Made by a program: the position numbers and the translations under genes. DNA of 20,000 nt from an uncultured virus (IMG/VR IMGVR_UViG_3300031088_000469) (Duplodnaviria > Heunggongvirae > Uroviricota > Caudoviricetes): IMG/VR virus record IMGVR_UViG_3300031088_000469; one strand, written 5' to 3'. Below, one piece after another: positions 8,137-16,300 of the stretch (its first letter is position 1; each line of letters starts with the position of its first letter). The notes beneath the pieces are model-generated. The model was not told the DNA's origin and made no database searches. It was given only the letters and a program-made list of their open reading frames with translations.

Positions 8137-9329
8137 ACGAGCGCTTCCTTTAGTGCGTGAATGAGGTTACCGAAGATAACCATGATGTCTCTCTCATAGA
8201 CGTTGGTCTCGTTATGGGCAATGAATTCGAAAGAGACCAATAGGTCGATAGCATCACACTGTGCGATGTACCGGTGCGAGAAGATAAACCCGTCCTTGTC
8301 GTTGTGCAGCGTCGGCTCCTTATCGCTACCACCACGAATGGTTACCTCCAAGCCACCCATCTCTACTACCTGCTGGACATCGTTATCCTCATCGTGGATG
8401 AGACCATCAATTCGCTTAGCAGAGCGCTCTAGCGATACCAAAATTGGAGAGTAAGACGTGAACCTAATGTCGTCAAGGCTCGGTCTAGTAAGGAACCGTA
8501 GCGACTTATCAAGCCAAGGAAGAGCACCATCTTCTACTGCATACATAGAGTCTTCGATGATCTCGATTGGACTGTTAGTGACCTTTTGGTAGAGGTTGAT
8601 CATCACGCTATCTTCCGTATACGGAAGGAATAGCACCCAGTCCTGCAATCCGGCAATTGGCTTGAACCACACGTGCTTAGCCATCTCATCTTCCTTGTTT
8701 GCCAAGATGAGTTCTAGTGACGAACGGTTGAACTGACCAGCTTCAAAGTCGCTCACTGTAGCGTTGAACTGAGGCTGCAAGATGAGGGCGGCGGTGAGCT
8801 TTTCCAGTGCAGACGTGTACTCACGAATGATTCGGCTAGCCACAGGTGAATTCTGATCAAAGGCAAAGTAGCCACGACCAATCATTCCACTATCAGTGAT
8901 GATGGCTAACGCATAGTGCTCATCATCTTCATCCCGAGTGAGGAACGAAGCGTCTTCTGGAAGCTTCTGTAGGTAGACGTTACCCACAATTTCACCGTCC
9001 GAAGACATGACGACATCGACCAACTCTGCACTATCGATAAGTGCAGAGTAGTACACGCTTGTGTCGATATCGTCACTTAGATAAGTCGAGAAATGCAGAG
9101 TCATCGGTGTAATACCGTGAGGCATTTCCTTCCAGACCGAATCACCGGCAGCAATGATGCAATCGAGCGAATTGATGTCCCACTCAATCTCACTATCGCC
9201 TACATCTTCGCCCGCCATGAAAGAGATAGAGTCGCTTGCGCTCTCTTCATTGAAGGGGAAAAGGTGCCACCCCGGAAGGTTCTCTAGGACTTGCTGAGTG
9301 TTTAGCTGTCCAAAGTTGCGATATGCCAA
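8133..9329 (-). CDS. Hypothetical acidic protein (398 aa), paralog of 6892..8136 with the same duplicated domain
   Basis: LPGWHLF..IEWDINSLDCIIA..ITPMTL and LQDWVLF..LPWLDKSLRFLTRP..YSPILV. TTG start with a strong promoter upstream. Confidence 0.85.
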   Translation of the reverse strand: MAYRNFGQLNTQQVLENLPGWHLFPFNEESASDSISFMAGEDVGDSEIEWDINSLDCIIAAGDSVWKEMPHGITPMTLHFSTYLSDDIDTSVYYSALIDSAELVDVVMSSDGEIVGNVYLQKLPEDASFLTRDEDDEHYALAIITDSGMIGRGYFAFDQNSPVASRIIREYTSALEKLTAALILQPQFNATVSDFEAGQFNRSSLELILANKEDEMAKHVWFKPIAGLQDWVLFLPYTEDSVMINLYQKVTNSPIEIIEDSMYAVEDGALPWLDKSLRFLTRPSLDDIRFTSYSPILVSLERSAKRIDGLIHDEDNDVQQVVEMGGLEVTIRGGSDKEPTLHNDKDGFIFSHRYIAQCDAIDLLVSFEFIAHNETNVYERDIMVIFGNLIHALKEALV

Positions 9330-9358
9330 TTGGGTTCTTTCTGTGATTCGGTTTGGGG

Positions 9359-9387
9359 ACTATACATGACTCGTGTTAGTGAGTCAA
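9359..9387 (-). promoter_or_regulatory. Sigma70/SigA promoter TTGACT-N17-TATAGT overlapped by the inverted repeat TGACTC-N8-GAGTCA
   Basis: Near-consensus boxes. The inverted repeat is at 9367-9386. Confidence 0.75.
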
Positions 9388-9394
9388 ACACTCA

Positions 9395-10759
9395 TTAGTA
9401 GTCAAATCTGTCGAAGTGAACAATCTGGTCTTCTGGGATACGCTCGTCATCAGCCTTCTTCGTCAGTTCATCAAAGAGAGGGTTAGCAACAAGAGGTGCA
9501 GTCACGTTCTCCAAAGAGATCCAGTGACCCTGCTCTCCATCACGAGGGGCGGAATTGTCACGAACATAGACAATCTTCTCCTGAATCTTGACCTCAGGTG
9601 CGATGTTCCATAGCTCTCGTAGCGCAATAGGCTCAACGCGAGCCTGCTGTAGGTTGTATGTAAGCGCGGAGACCAGCAAGGGTGCATAGATGTTGTCTGT
9701 ACCAAGAAGCTTAATGGTTGCGTCAGCACCCTCGCCAGCAAGCGTGGTCTGCAAGTAGCCAAGTAGCGTCCTTGTGATCTCTTCTGGTGTCTTAGAAGAG
9801 TTGACTAGAGAAGCAATAGTTGTGGCAATGGATGGGAAGTTTTCAGCAACAGTCCCCTGGTCAATCTGATCGTTGATCACTGTGGAACCTTCTAGATATG
9901 GGTTGGGGATGTGAGGTGCATCTGCGATATTCACAGTGGGGGTTCCTTCTGGATGAATCGTTCGGTTGGAGCCTTGACCAGACCCGCCGCCAGAACTATA
10001 CCCTCCACTACCGCCCGCGTTTCCGTAGCCGTTAGGGCTATAGGAAGCTTCCTCCTGCGGATACCCATTACCATCACCGGAGTGTCCATTGTGGCTTCCT
10101 CCGTTGAACCCTGATGCATTGCCATTCTGACCAGAGAACTCATTGGAGGTTCCTGATACAACAGAATCAAAGTTGCTAGCTGCGCTCTCAGCCTGGTTTT
10201 GTCGAGCATGCTCAGCTTCTCTACGGAAGCGCTCGCGCGACTCGCTGTTGCGGGCATCTTCGAAGGATTCAGGGATATCGGGAGACGGCGTAATCTCATC
10301 AGCGAAGTGGTGCACACCATACTCGTCGATGTAGTACTCGCGACCATTCTCGTCGGCGTAGATAACACCCACCTCATAGTCAACTTCGTACTGATCCTTC
10401 TGGTCCGAACTCTGCTCGTTCTTTCGGGTCTCGGCTGCTAGCTCAGAATGGGTCTGCGGTGAGAAACCACCGTATGCGGAGTTCTTGTCCTTAGACAGAC
10501 TTTCTACTGAAGAAGCCGTCTTGCGCGACCTCACCTGGGGCGTAGATTCTTCTTCGATTGCCGAAGTAGCCTGGTTTACATCATCAACGCTTGCGACTCC
10601 TGCGTTCTTGCTACCAGCGCCACGCTTCTTTGCAGAGCCACGAGCGGGCTTCTTGGCGGTCTTTTTGTCGTCTGGTCGCTTCTTGCCTATAAGAGCCACA
10701 GTGCGTTCTCCGAATCCGTTGGAATGTGGACCGATAGTAGCATGCGTGCTATCCGACAA
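9395..10759 (-). CDS. Hypothetical protein (454 aa): basic N-terminus, disordered G/S/N-rich middle, small helical C-terminal domain
   Basis: Long ORF with coherent composition. TTG start without a clear SD, so the start is uncertain. Confidence 0.75.
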   Translation of the reverse strand: MSDSTHATIGPHSNGFGERTVALIGKKRPDDKKTAKKPARGSAKKRGAGSKNAGVASVDDVNQATSAIEEESTPQVRSRKTASSVESLSKDKNSAYGGFSPQTHSELAAETRKNEQSSDQKDQYEVDYEVGVIYADENGREYYIDEYGVHHFADEITPSPDIPESFEDARNSESRERFRREAEHARQNQAESAASNFDSVVSGTSNEFSGQNGNASGFNGGSHNGHSGDGNGYPQEEASYSPNGYGNAGGSGGYSSGGGSGQGSNRTIHPEGTPTVNIADAPHIPNPYLEGSTVINDQIDQGTVAENFPSIATTIASLVNSSKTPEEITRTLLGYLQTTLAGEGADATIKLLGTDNIYAPLLVSALTYNLQQARVEPIALRELWNIAPEVKIQEKIVYVRDNSAPRDGEQGHWISLENVTAPLVANPLFDELTKKADDERIPEDQIVHFDRFDY

Positions 10760-10767
10760 AAGCCGTT

Positions 10768-11220
10768 TCAGTCAAGCTCAACAATCAACTGATTTTGATT
10801 CGCTGATGAGTTGTCTACAAGCTTGGAAACGCCATCTGCAAGGTATGGCTCATTGTTGTAGGTAAGCACCAAAGTGATTTCATCAACCCCGGATAACGCC
10901 GCTGCTTCATCCTTCCCCGAGTTAATGATTGCTGCATTATCGGCATCATTGTCTGAAGACACGGTGATAAACACGATGGGTGAAGCTCCACCGTTCAGTA
11001 GTCGAAGACTAGAAAAATCATCCTTATAGACATCTTCAATGGCTTCATCAGTAGCCAATGGTTCAACGCTTGCACTGGCTGTAGGGGTCGGCTTGGACTC
11101 GGCTCGGTTGGCAACGACGTTTCTCGCCGCTACGTTGAAAGCGAAAGCTGTCATCGACAACACCAGAAGCATTACGGCAGCACTTGTCGCCATAACAATC
11201 ATGCGGGGTGTCATCTTCAT
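10768..11220 (-). CDS. Exported or membrane-anchored hypothetical protein (~150 aa)
   Basis: N-terminal hydrophobic helix, then a PTPT linker. TATGCT-N6-ATG favours a leaderless start at 11220 over GTG 11226. Confidence 0.75.
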   Translation of the reverse strand: MKMTPRMIVMATSAAVMLLVLSMTAFAFNVAARNVVANRAESKPTPTASASVEPLATDEAIEDVYKDDFSSLRLLNGGASPIVFITVSSDNDADNAAIINSGKDEAAALSGVDEITLVLTYNNEPYLADGVSKLVDNSSANQNQLIVELD

Positions 11221-11256
11221 CCGCACAGCATAGCGGATTGTAGGGGTTAAACAAAC

Positions 11257-11293
11257 AAGTCAGGCTCCTACTAGAGAAGTAGGAGCCTGACTT
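11257..11293 (-). terminator. Intrinsic terminator (perfect 16-bp stem, 5-nt loop)
   Basis: AAGTCAGGCTCCTACT-AGAGA-AGTAGGAGCCTGACTT, followed by a U-rich tract on the minus strand. Downstream of CDS 11312..11578. Confidence 0.85.
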
Positions 11294-11311
11294 TGCAGAA
11301 AGCCTTTTAGC

Positions 11312-11578
11312 TTAGAAGATGGTTGCCCACTGCGGTGCGCTAAGGAAGACTGCACCGAGAATACCGAGAACAAAACCGCCCCAAAGAGCGAGCTTACGGA
11401 ATCCACTGACACGGCGAACAGCGGGGTCGTCGTCCGGGTCATCCTCATCGGTCTCAGCTTCGACGCGCTTCTGAACGACGTTCAAAACCACACCTCCGAT
11501 GATTGCTAGGACAGCCACAACAATTAAGGGGATGCCCAAGAAGGACAGGCTTGCAAGGATTTCGAGAATGGCATCCAT
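11312..11578 (-). CDS. Small two-TM membrane protein (88 aa) with an acidic loop
   Basis: AAAGAGGA SD. Two hydrophobic helices separated by EAETDEDDPDDDP. Has its own terminator. Confidence 0.8.
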   Translation of the reverse strand: MDAILEILASLSFLGIPLIVVAVLAIIGGVVLNVVQKRVEAETDEDDPDDDPAVRRVSGFRKLALWGGFVLGILGAVFLSAPQWATIF

Positions 11579-11834
11579 TTGGTTCCTCTTTCTGGGTAGT
11601 AGTAGGTGTTCACTCCACCGTCTGCGGGGCTGAACAACTGAACGATAGCACGCACCTTTCGGCGCTTAGAGGTTTTCGACAAACTCGACAAATTAGTTGG
11701 ATATCTACAAAGGAAGCGGCTCAAAACAGCCTTTTTAGAGAGCTAATACAAGAAAGATCTAGCCCCAAACCCCTGTAAATACAAGGGTTTGAGCACCTTT
11801 GTAGAGAACCCACAAAGAAAGTTGGCTCCTGTTG

Positions 11835-11863
11835 TTGACATCCAACAACAGCGATGCTATTGT
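11835..11863 (+). promoter_or_regulatory. Strong promoter TTGACA-N17-TATTGT with extended -10; the -35 lies within a 9-bp inverted repeat (11829-11851)
   Basis: CTGTTGTTG-ACATC-CAACAACAG overlaps the -35. Upstream of the lipoprotein gene at 11911. Confidence 0.8.
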
Positions 11864-11910
11864 AGTTGTAGGAAGTAAACAACGACCTAATACCAGAAAG
11901 GTAGAAACCC

Positions 11911-12540
11911 ATGAAGAACCTCAAGAACCTCGTCATCTCCGGCACTGTCGCCATCGCCCTCGTCGGTTCGCTCGCTGCGTGCACCTCCGGCAACGACAAC
12001 GACACGGCACCCAAGCCGACCGCTACGACCTCGGCTCCTGTTGCTTCGGGTACGCCTGCTCCTGGTCCTTCCGAGGCTCCTAAGCAGGAGTTCCCGGTCG
12101 GTACGGTGGTTGACCCCGAGACCTCGCTCTCGGACACTCAGTCCGCTTACCCGCTCGCTGACGGCAGCTACGTTGTCGTTGACCAGAACCAGCCTCTCCC
12201 TGAGAACGTTCAGGCTGATGTGAACGCAAAGACTTCGACTACGGCTTCTGCATCTAGCGATGCTAGCAACGTTGCCGGTCGCTCGGAGGGTCTCGCCGCT
12301 CGTACTGCTACCAAGTCTGATGTTCAGCAGGGTACGGGCAAGAGGGTTGTGGTTGCTTGGGACACCGTTGGTCTCCCTTACGCTGACACCACTTCTCCGA
12401 TTCACTTTTGGGCTGTAGATGGTCTCCCTGGCTACCCCCTCATCGTTTCTCGCGGTGAGGTCCAGGCTAAGTTTGATGCCTTCGTTGCTACGCAGGACAA
12501 CCCCGCTGAGTGGGTTCTTGTTTTCGCTCCTGCTGCGTAA
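11911..12540 (+). CDS. Lipoprotein (209 aa) with a Pro/Thr/Ala linker; function unknown
   Basis: Signal peptide with lipobox LAA|C. GAAAGG SD. Own promoter and terminator. GC-richer, biased codon usage. Confidence 0.9.
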   Translation: MKNLKNLVISGTVAIALVGSLAACTSGNDNDTAPKPTATTSAPVASGTPAPGPSEAPKQEFPVGTVVDPETSLSDTQSAYPLADGSYVVVDQNQPLPENVQADVNAKTSTTASASSDASNVAGRSEGLAARTATKSDVQQGTGKRVVVAWDTVGLPYADTTSPIHFWAVDGLPGYPLIVSRGEVQAKFDAFVATQDNPAEWVLVFAPAA

Positions 12541-12561
12541 CCGATACCTCAATCGTAGACC

Positions 12562-12599
12562 AAAAAGATGGACCGTGCAACCGCACGGTCCATCTTTTT
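12562..12599. terminator. Bidirectional intrinsic terminator (17-bp stem) between convergent genes
   Basis: AAAAAGATGGACCGTGC-AACC-GCACGGTCCATCTTTTT. Confidence 0.9.
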
Positions 12600-12618
12600 T
12601 GTTCCTATTTTCTAGCCC

Positions 12619-15345
12619 TTAGCAAGCCTCACCATTTAGTCGAGTCAACGATGTGGGTTGCTGTTCTCCACCAGTTGTCCAAGCGGATGATCCACCAGGA
12701 CCACTAGCCATTCCACGAGCCTGAATGGTCGAAGTGTTGTCTGTACAACCTAGCGAGCCAACCCATCCGGTGTAGCCATAACCGATGGTAGAAGCCCTCA
12801 CCTGAGCGGTGTAGCTAGATGCGTTGGACGAACCACCAGCAGATGCGCTAAGCGATACGAGCATCCATGCTCCACCTTGGGTACCAGAGTAGTAACCACT
12901 CATGCTTAGGCTGGAAGGAGCACTAGGTGCTGGCGTGTACCACGTGATGCTGGTCGAGTCCGAAGTAGAACCTGACGTTCTACCGTTGGCACCTACACAG
13001 TATCCAGAACCTGTCCACGAACGAGTTCCTGGGCTGTTGTAGCTCTTGTAACCAGCGGGGTTGGAAGACCATGCCCAGCTAGTGTTGGCGACACAGCCAC
13101 CAGCGTTGGCGTAAACCGTCGCACCACTTCCGTTAGGAACGCTTGCGGCGCTTCTAGTGATAGAAGGTGAAGAGGGTGTAGGAACGGAGGTGTAGTAACC
13201 ACCAGCAGACCAAGGAGTTCTGTCTTCCATGTGGTTTCCAGAAGCTACAGACCAGCAGCGACCCTGTACGTGCCATTCGTAGTAGCTACCAGGAGCTTCA
13301 CTGTGAGCGATGTCGCGAGTTGTTCCACCAATGAACGAACCAGCGAACTGTCCACCAGAGCCGTTGACTCTCGTGTACTCGTGGTAGAAGTCACGGTTGG
13401 TACCAGTTGGGCAACCAATGTCGTTCCACCCAGTACGCGCAACATTTCCGTTACCACTACCAGTGAAGTCGGTGTGAGGGTTACCTGGGTTTCCACCAGC
13501 ATCAATAGGACGGTCGTAGTACGTAGTAGCGTCATCACCCCAAGGGCTTAGAGCATCCTTTGACTGACCGTTGGTGGGGTCAAGGGTGTACTTCGTGTCG
13601 CATCGTGCGTCAACACGAAGCCATACACGAGAACCCTGATTGATGTCTGCATAGCCATTGTCCAAGTGGCGCTGACCTTCACCGCTAAGCGATGTCGTAT
13701 TTGCTCCACCGTAGGTGTTGGAGTTAGATACTCGGTAACCAGGAGTGTTACCTGGGTCACAACCGATTGCTCTCCATGCACCGTAGTTGTAGTTCAAGGT
13801 CCAGATATTAGGCTGACCAGGAACGCTCGCACGGTAGATGTAGTTAGCTGGGGCGCGGTTAGGAGACTTGGTGTTCTCTGTGGATGCCTGCACGAAGTAT
13901 GTGTCAGGGAATCCGCGAGTTACGGTGTTTCCACTCTTGGTGATGGTTGTAGCCTTTGTGGGACTACCAGTAATCTGGTTCCCCTCGGGCATTCCTGAGT
14001 AGAGGTAGGCAACCGTATCAACACGAGTCTGCTTGCTGTAGTTGTTCGATACAACAGCAGGTGCGTAGGTAACGGTGTACTCGGTGTTGGGGTTCGAAGA
14101 AACCTTGCTCCAGTTCACGGTTGCAGCAGTCTCGTTTGCGTTAGGAGTAGTCCTCATGTTGAGGGCATCAGGTAGAGACAGAATGTAACCATTGGAGGTG
14201 GTGGTACCCGACTGACCATCAATGTCGTTACAACGAGCAGAGACTGCTACGTCATACTTTCCACCATTCCATACCTCGGCGTTTCCACCGGTACCCGTAG
14301 CCATGTTGACAATGGTTCCCGTGGTCTGACCAGAGCTAGTCTTATTGGTGTTGACGTTCTTTACCAACCAGGAGTATGTGATTGTCTGGGTAGGTGAACA
14401 CTCGGTGCCGGGACGTGCGTTCCAAGAGATCTTGAGACCCTCACGCTCGTTACCAACAACGGTTCCAGTGTTGACATCGGTTGTTCTAGTGACAAGTAGA
14501 CCGTTTACAGCGTTAGGAATCCAACGAGTCTGCTCTCCACCTGGGTCAGTGATATCGTCATTGTCGCCAATAAGCTCGGTCTCAGCCTCGTTAGTCGTAG
14601 CAACGAAGTTAGCTGGGTTATCCTCGGTGATGGGGAACACAGCAGTCAACTTAGCCTGAATTGTTCGAGGCAATTCACGGATAGCCTCTTCGTCGGTGTA
14701 CCACTCTGCGATGTTGTGGTCAGCACGGAACTTGTCAATCTCGATGGGATCTAGAACACCATCATTGTTGGTGTCTGTGGTGTTCGTCATGTTGGTGACG
14801 ATACCGTTCGAGAACTGAAGCGGAACCTTGGCTACGTTCTCGTAAGTGAAAGTAGAGTCGTCCTTGATAGCAGCTACGGCAGTTCTGTGCTGAGTGCTCT
14901 GTGGAGCGCCATCACAAGATGCTGTCTTGTACACGGTGATGTCGTTGTACAAAGACATCAAAGTCTGGTTCTGACGAGCATTCTTGATCTCATCAGCAGC
15001 AGGTGCGATGTACCAAGAGCTAGCGCGACAAAGGAACTTAGTAGCGTCATTTGGGTCTTTCAAGAACTTGGTGCTCGAAAGTGTCACTTTTGTGTCGTCT
15101 TGGACATACACGGTAGCAGCGTTGTCAACATCGTTGATGAATGCGCGGTTAGCGATTCGTAGCTCTGTCTGCGCGCCATTCTCAGCCTGAATCCTATTTC
15201 CACCCGTAAGTAGCAAGAAGATCATACCCGCGAGGGCAGCCATAACGAGCAGGGAGACATTCTGAGAGATGACAACCATAAGGCTGTTTTCGCCTCGGTC
15301 ATCCTTCTTTAGGACACCGAGCGAGTTGCGCAGAGTCATGAACAT
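12619..15345 (-). CDS. Prepilin-like (PilW/GspJ-type) protein with an EF-hand-like loop and about six FN3-like modules (908 aa)
   Basis: Charged leader KKDDRG|, then a hydrophobic helix. AQTELRIANRAFINDVDNA resembles the PilW/GspJ helix. Loop DTNNDGVLDPIE. Repeats of W..C.P/G....Y...V.ARC. 12 Cys. AAGGA SD. Confidence 0.75.
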   Translation of the reverse strand: MFMTLRNSLGVLKKDDRGENSLMVVISQNVSLLVMAALAGMIFLLLTGGNRIQAENGAQTELRIANRAFINDVDNAATVYVQDDTKVTLSSTKFLKDPNDATKFLCRASSWYIAPAADEIKNARQNQTLMSLYNDITVYKTASCDGAPQSTQHRTAVAAIKDDSTFTYENVAKVPLQFSNGIVTNMTNTTDTNNDGVLDPIEIDKFRADHNIAEWYTDEEAIRELPRTIQAKLTAVFPITEDNPANFVATTNEAETELIGDNDDITDPGGEQTRWIPNAVNGLLVTRTTDVNTGTVVGNEREGLKISWNARPGTECSPTQTITYSWLVKNVNTNKTSSGQTTGTIVNMATGTGGNAEVWNGGKYDVAVSARCNDIDGQSGTTTSNGYILSLPDALNMRTTPNANETAATVNWSKVSSNPNTEYTVTYAPAVVSNNYSKQTRVDTVAYLYSGMPEGNQITGSPTKATTITKSGNTVTRGFPDTYFVQASTENTKSPNRAPANYIYRASVPGQPNIWTLNYNYGAWRAIGCDPGNTPGYRVSNSNTYGGANTTSLSGEGQRHLDNGYADINQGSRVWLRVDARCDTKYTLDPTNGQSKDALSPWGDDATTYYDRPIDAGGNPGNPHTDFTGSGNGNVARTGWNDIGCPTGTNRDFYHEYTRVNGSGGQFAGSFIGGTTRDIAHSEAPGSYYEWHVQGRCWSVASGNHMEDRTPWSAGGYYTSVPTPSSPSITRSAASVPNGSGATVYANAGGCVANTSWAWSSNPAGYKSYNSPGTRSWTGSGYCVGANGRTSGSTSDSTSITWYTPAPSAPSSLSMSGYYSGTQGGAWMLVSLSASAGGSSNASSYTAQVRASTIGYGYTGWVGSLGCTDNTSTIQARGMASGPGGSSAWTTGGEQQPTSLTRLNGEAC

Positions 15346-15481
15346 AGGGTAAGTCCTTGCTAGTGGGTCAAAGTTCTAGTGATAGATACTCCTAAGATTG
15401 TATCTCGTTATACCGACACTCACAGCAGAATCGGAGGTTAGTGCCTATACAGGTTGCCAGCTATGTGCTAATAGGGCATAA

Positions 15482-15518
15482 AGAGAAGACCACCTGCTCT
15501 AGTCGGGTGGTCTTCTCT
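15482..15518 (-). terminator. Intrinsic terminator-like hairpin (13-bp stem)
   Basis: AGAGAAGACCACC-N11-GGTGGTCTTCTCT just after the stop of CDS 15523..16284. Confidence 0.8.
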
Positions 15519-15522
15519 CGAA

Positions 15523-16284
15523 TTACTTTACGTCAGCAACGAATAGCTGAAGGGGGCTTCCATCTTCCTCAATGGTTTTGAATGAACCAGCCTGGGCGAT
15601 GTAGGTTACCGACAAGACAGGCAACCCCTTTGTCACGTCAGTAACCACGGAAGGATCTGTTACCTCTTCTGCGGGAACTGGGGTCATTCCTGTGTCCACC
15701 TCAGTATCGAACACGCGAACTACTTTGAATCCCTTCACATCTCCTTGGAATGGAGAGATGTCCTTTCCTTCAAAGTAAACACCGAATGCATCGACAGTAC
15801 CGTCTTTGGTGTTGATTCTCACAACCTGTGGTTCAGAAACGGTGACTGCGGATGCATAACCATCAAAACCAGCGTAGAGGTAGTCCTGCGAGAGGTAAAG
15901 CTCTCCCCTATTGGTTGCTGACGTGGGCACGTAACCTACCTCAGAAAACACCTCAGCAGTTTCATCAGCGTTGAGGAAAGGCTGCGAGAGGATCTCATAG
16001 CCCTGTCTCTCTGCATCCGCCTTAGCTGCATCATCAACAGGAATCTGCTTCCACTCAGCCGGAATTGATTCAGCCTCTGTCCAAGAAGGAGCAGTAGTAA
16101 TCTCTGCTGAGCTACCAAATGCAAGTTCAGGAGAAGAAACATCTTTCTTTTCGTCCTGTACTGCTACGGCGGGAACCTTCGGAGCCTCGACATTCGAGTC
16201 TGTGTCTCCTGATGTACACCCTGCTAGGGTGATAGAGCCGACTAGCACGAATGCTGCTAGAGGCATAATTCTCTTGAACTTCAT
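15523..16284 (-). CDS. Lipoprotein (253 aa); function unknown
   Basis: MKFKRIMPLAAFVLVGSITLAG|C lipobox. The AAAGGGA SD favours ATG 16284 over 16308. Only 16 nt from the upstream gene's stop. Confidence 0.88.
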   Translation of the reverse strand: MKFKRIMPLAAFVLVGSITLAGCTSGDTDSNVEAPKVPAVAVQDEKKDVSSPELAFGSSAEITTAPSWTEAESIPAEWKQIPVDDAAKADAERQGYEILSQPFLNADETAEVFSEVGYVPTSATNRGELYLSQDYLYAGFDGYASAVTVSEPQVVRINTKDGTVDAFGVYFEGKDISPFQGDVKGFKVVRVFDTEVDTGMTPVPAEEVTDPSVVTDVTKGLPVLSVTYIAQAGSFKTIEEDGSPLQLFVADVK

Positions 16285-16300
16285 CGATTTCCCTTTGTGA

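Noticed and set aside
11312..11578. 88-aa two-TM protein as a holin or major pilin
   Set aside because: No endolysin nearby and no prepilin leader. Size and topology alone are not enough.
11887..12552. 221-aa minus-strand ORF (also 11721..12137)
   Set aside because: Antisense shadow of the codon-biased lipoprotein gene, which has the promoter, SD, lipobox and terminator.
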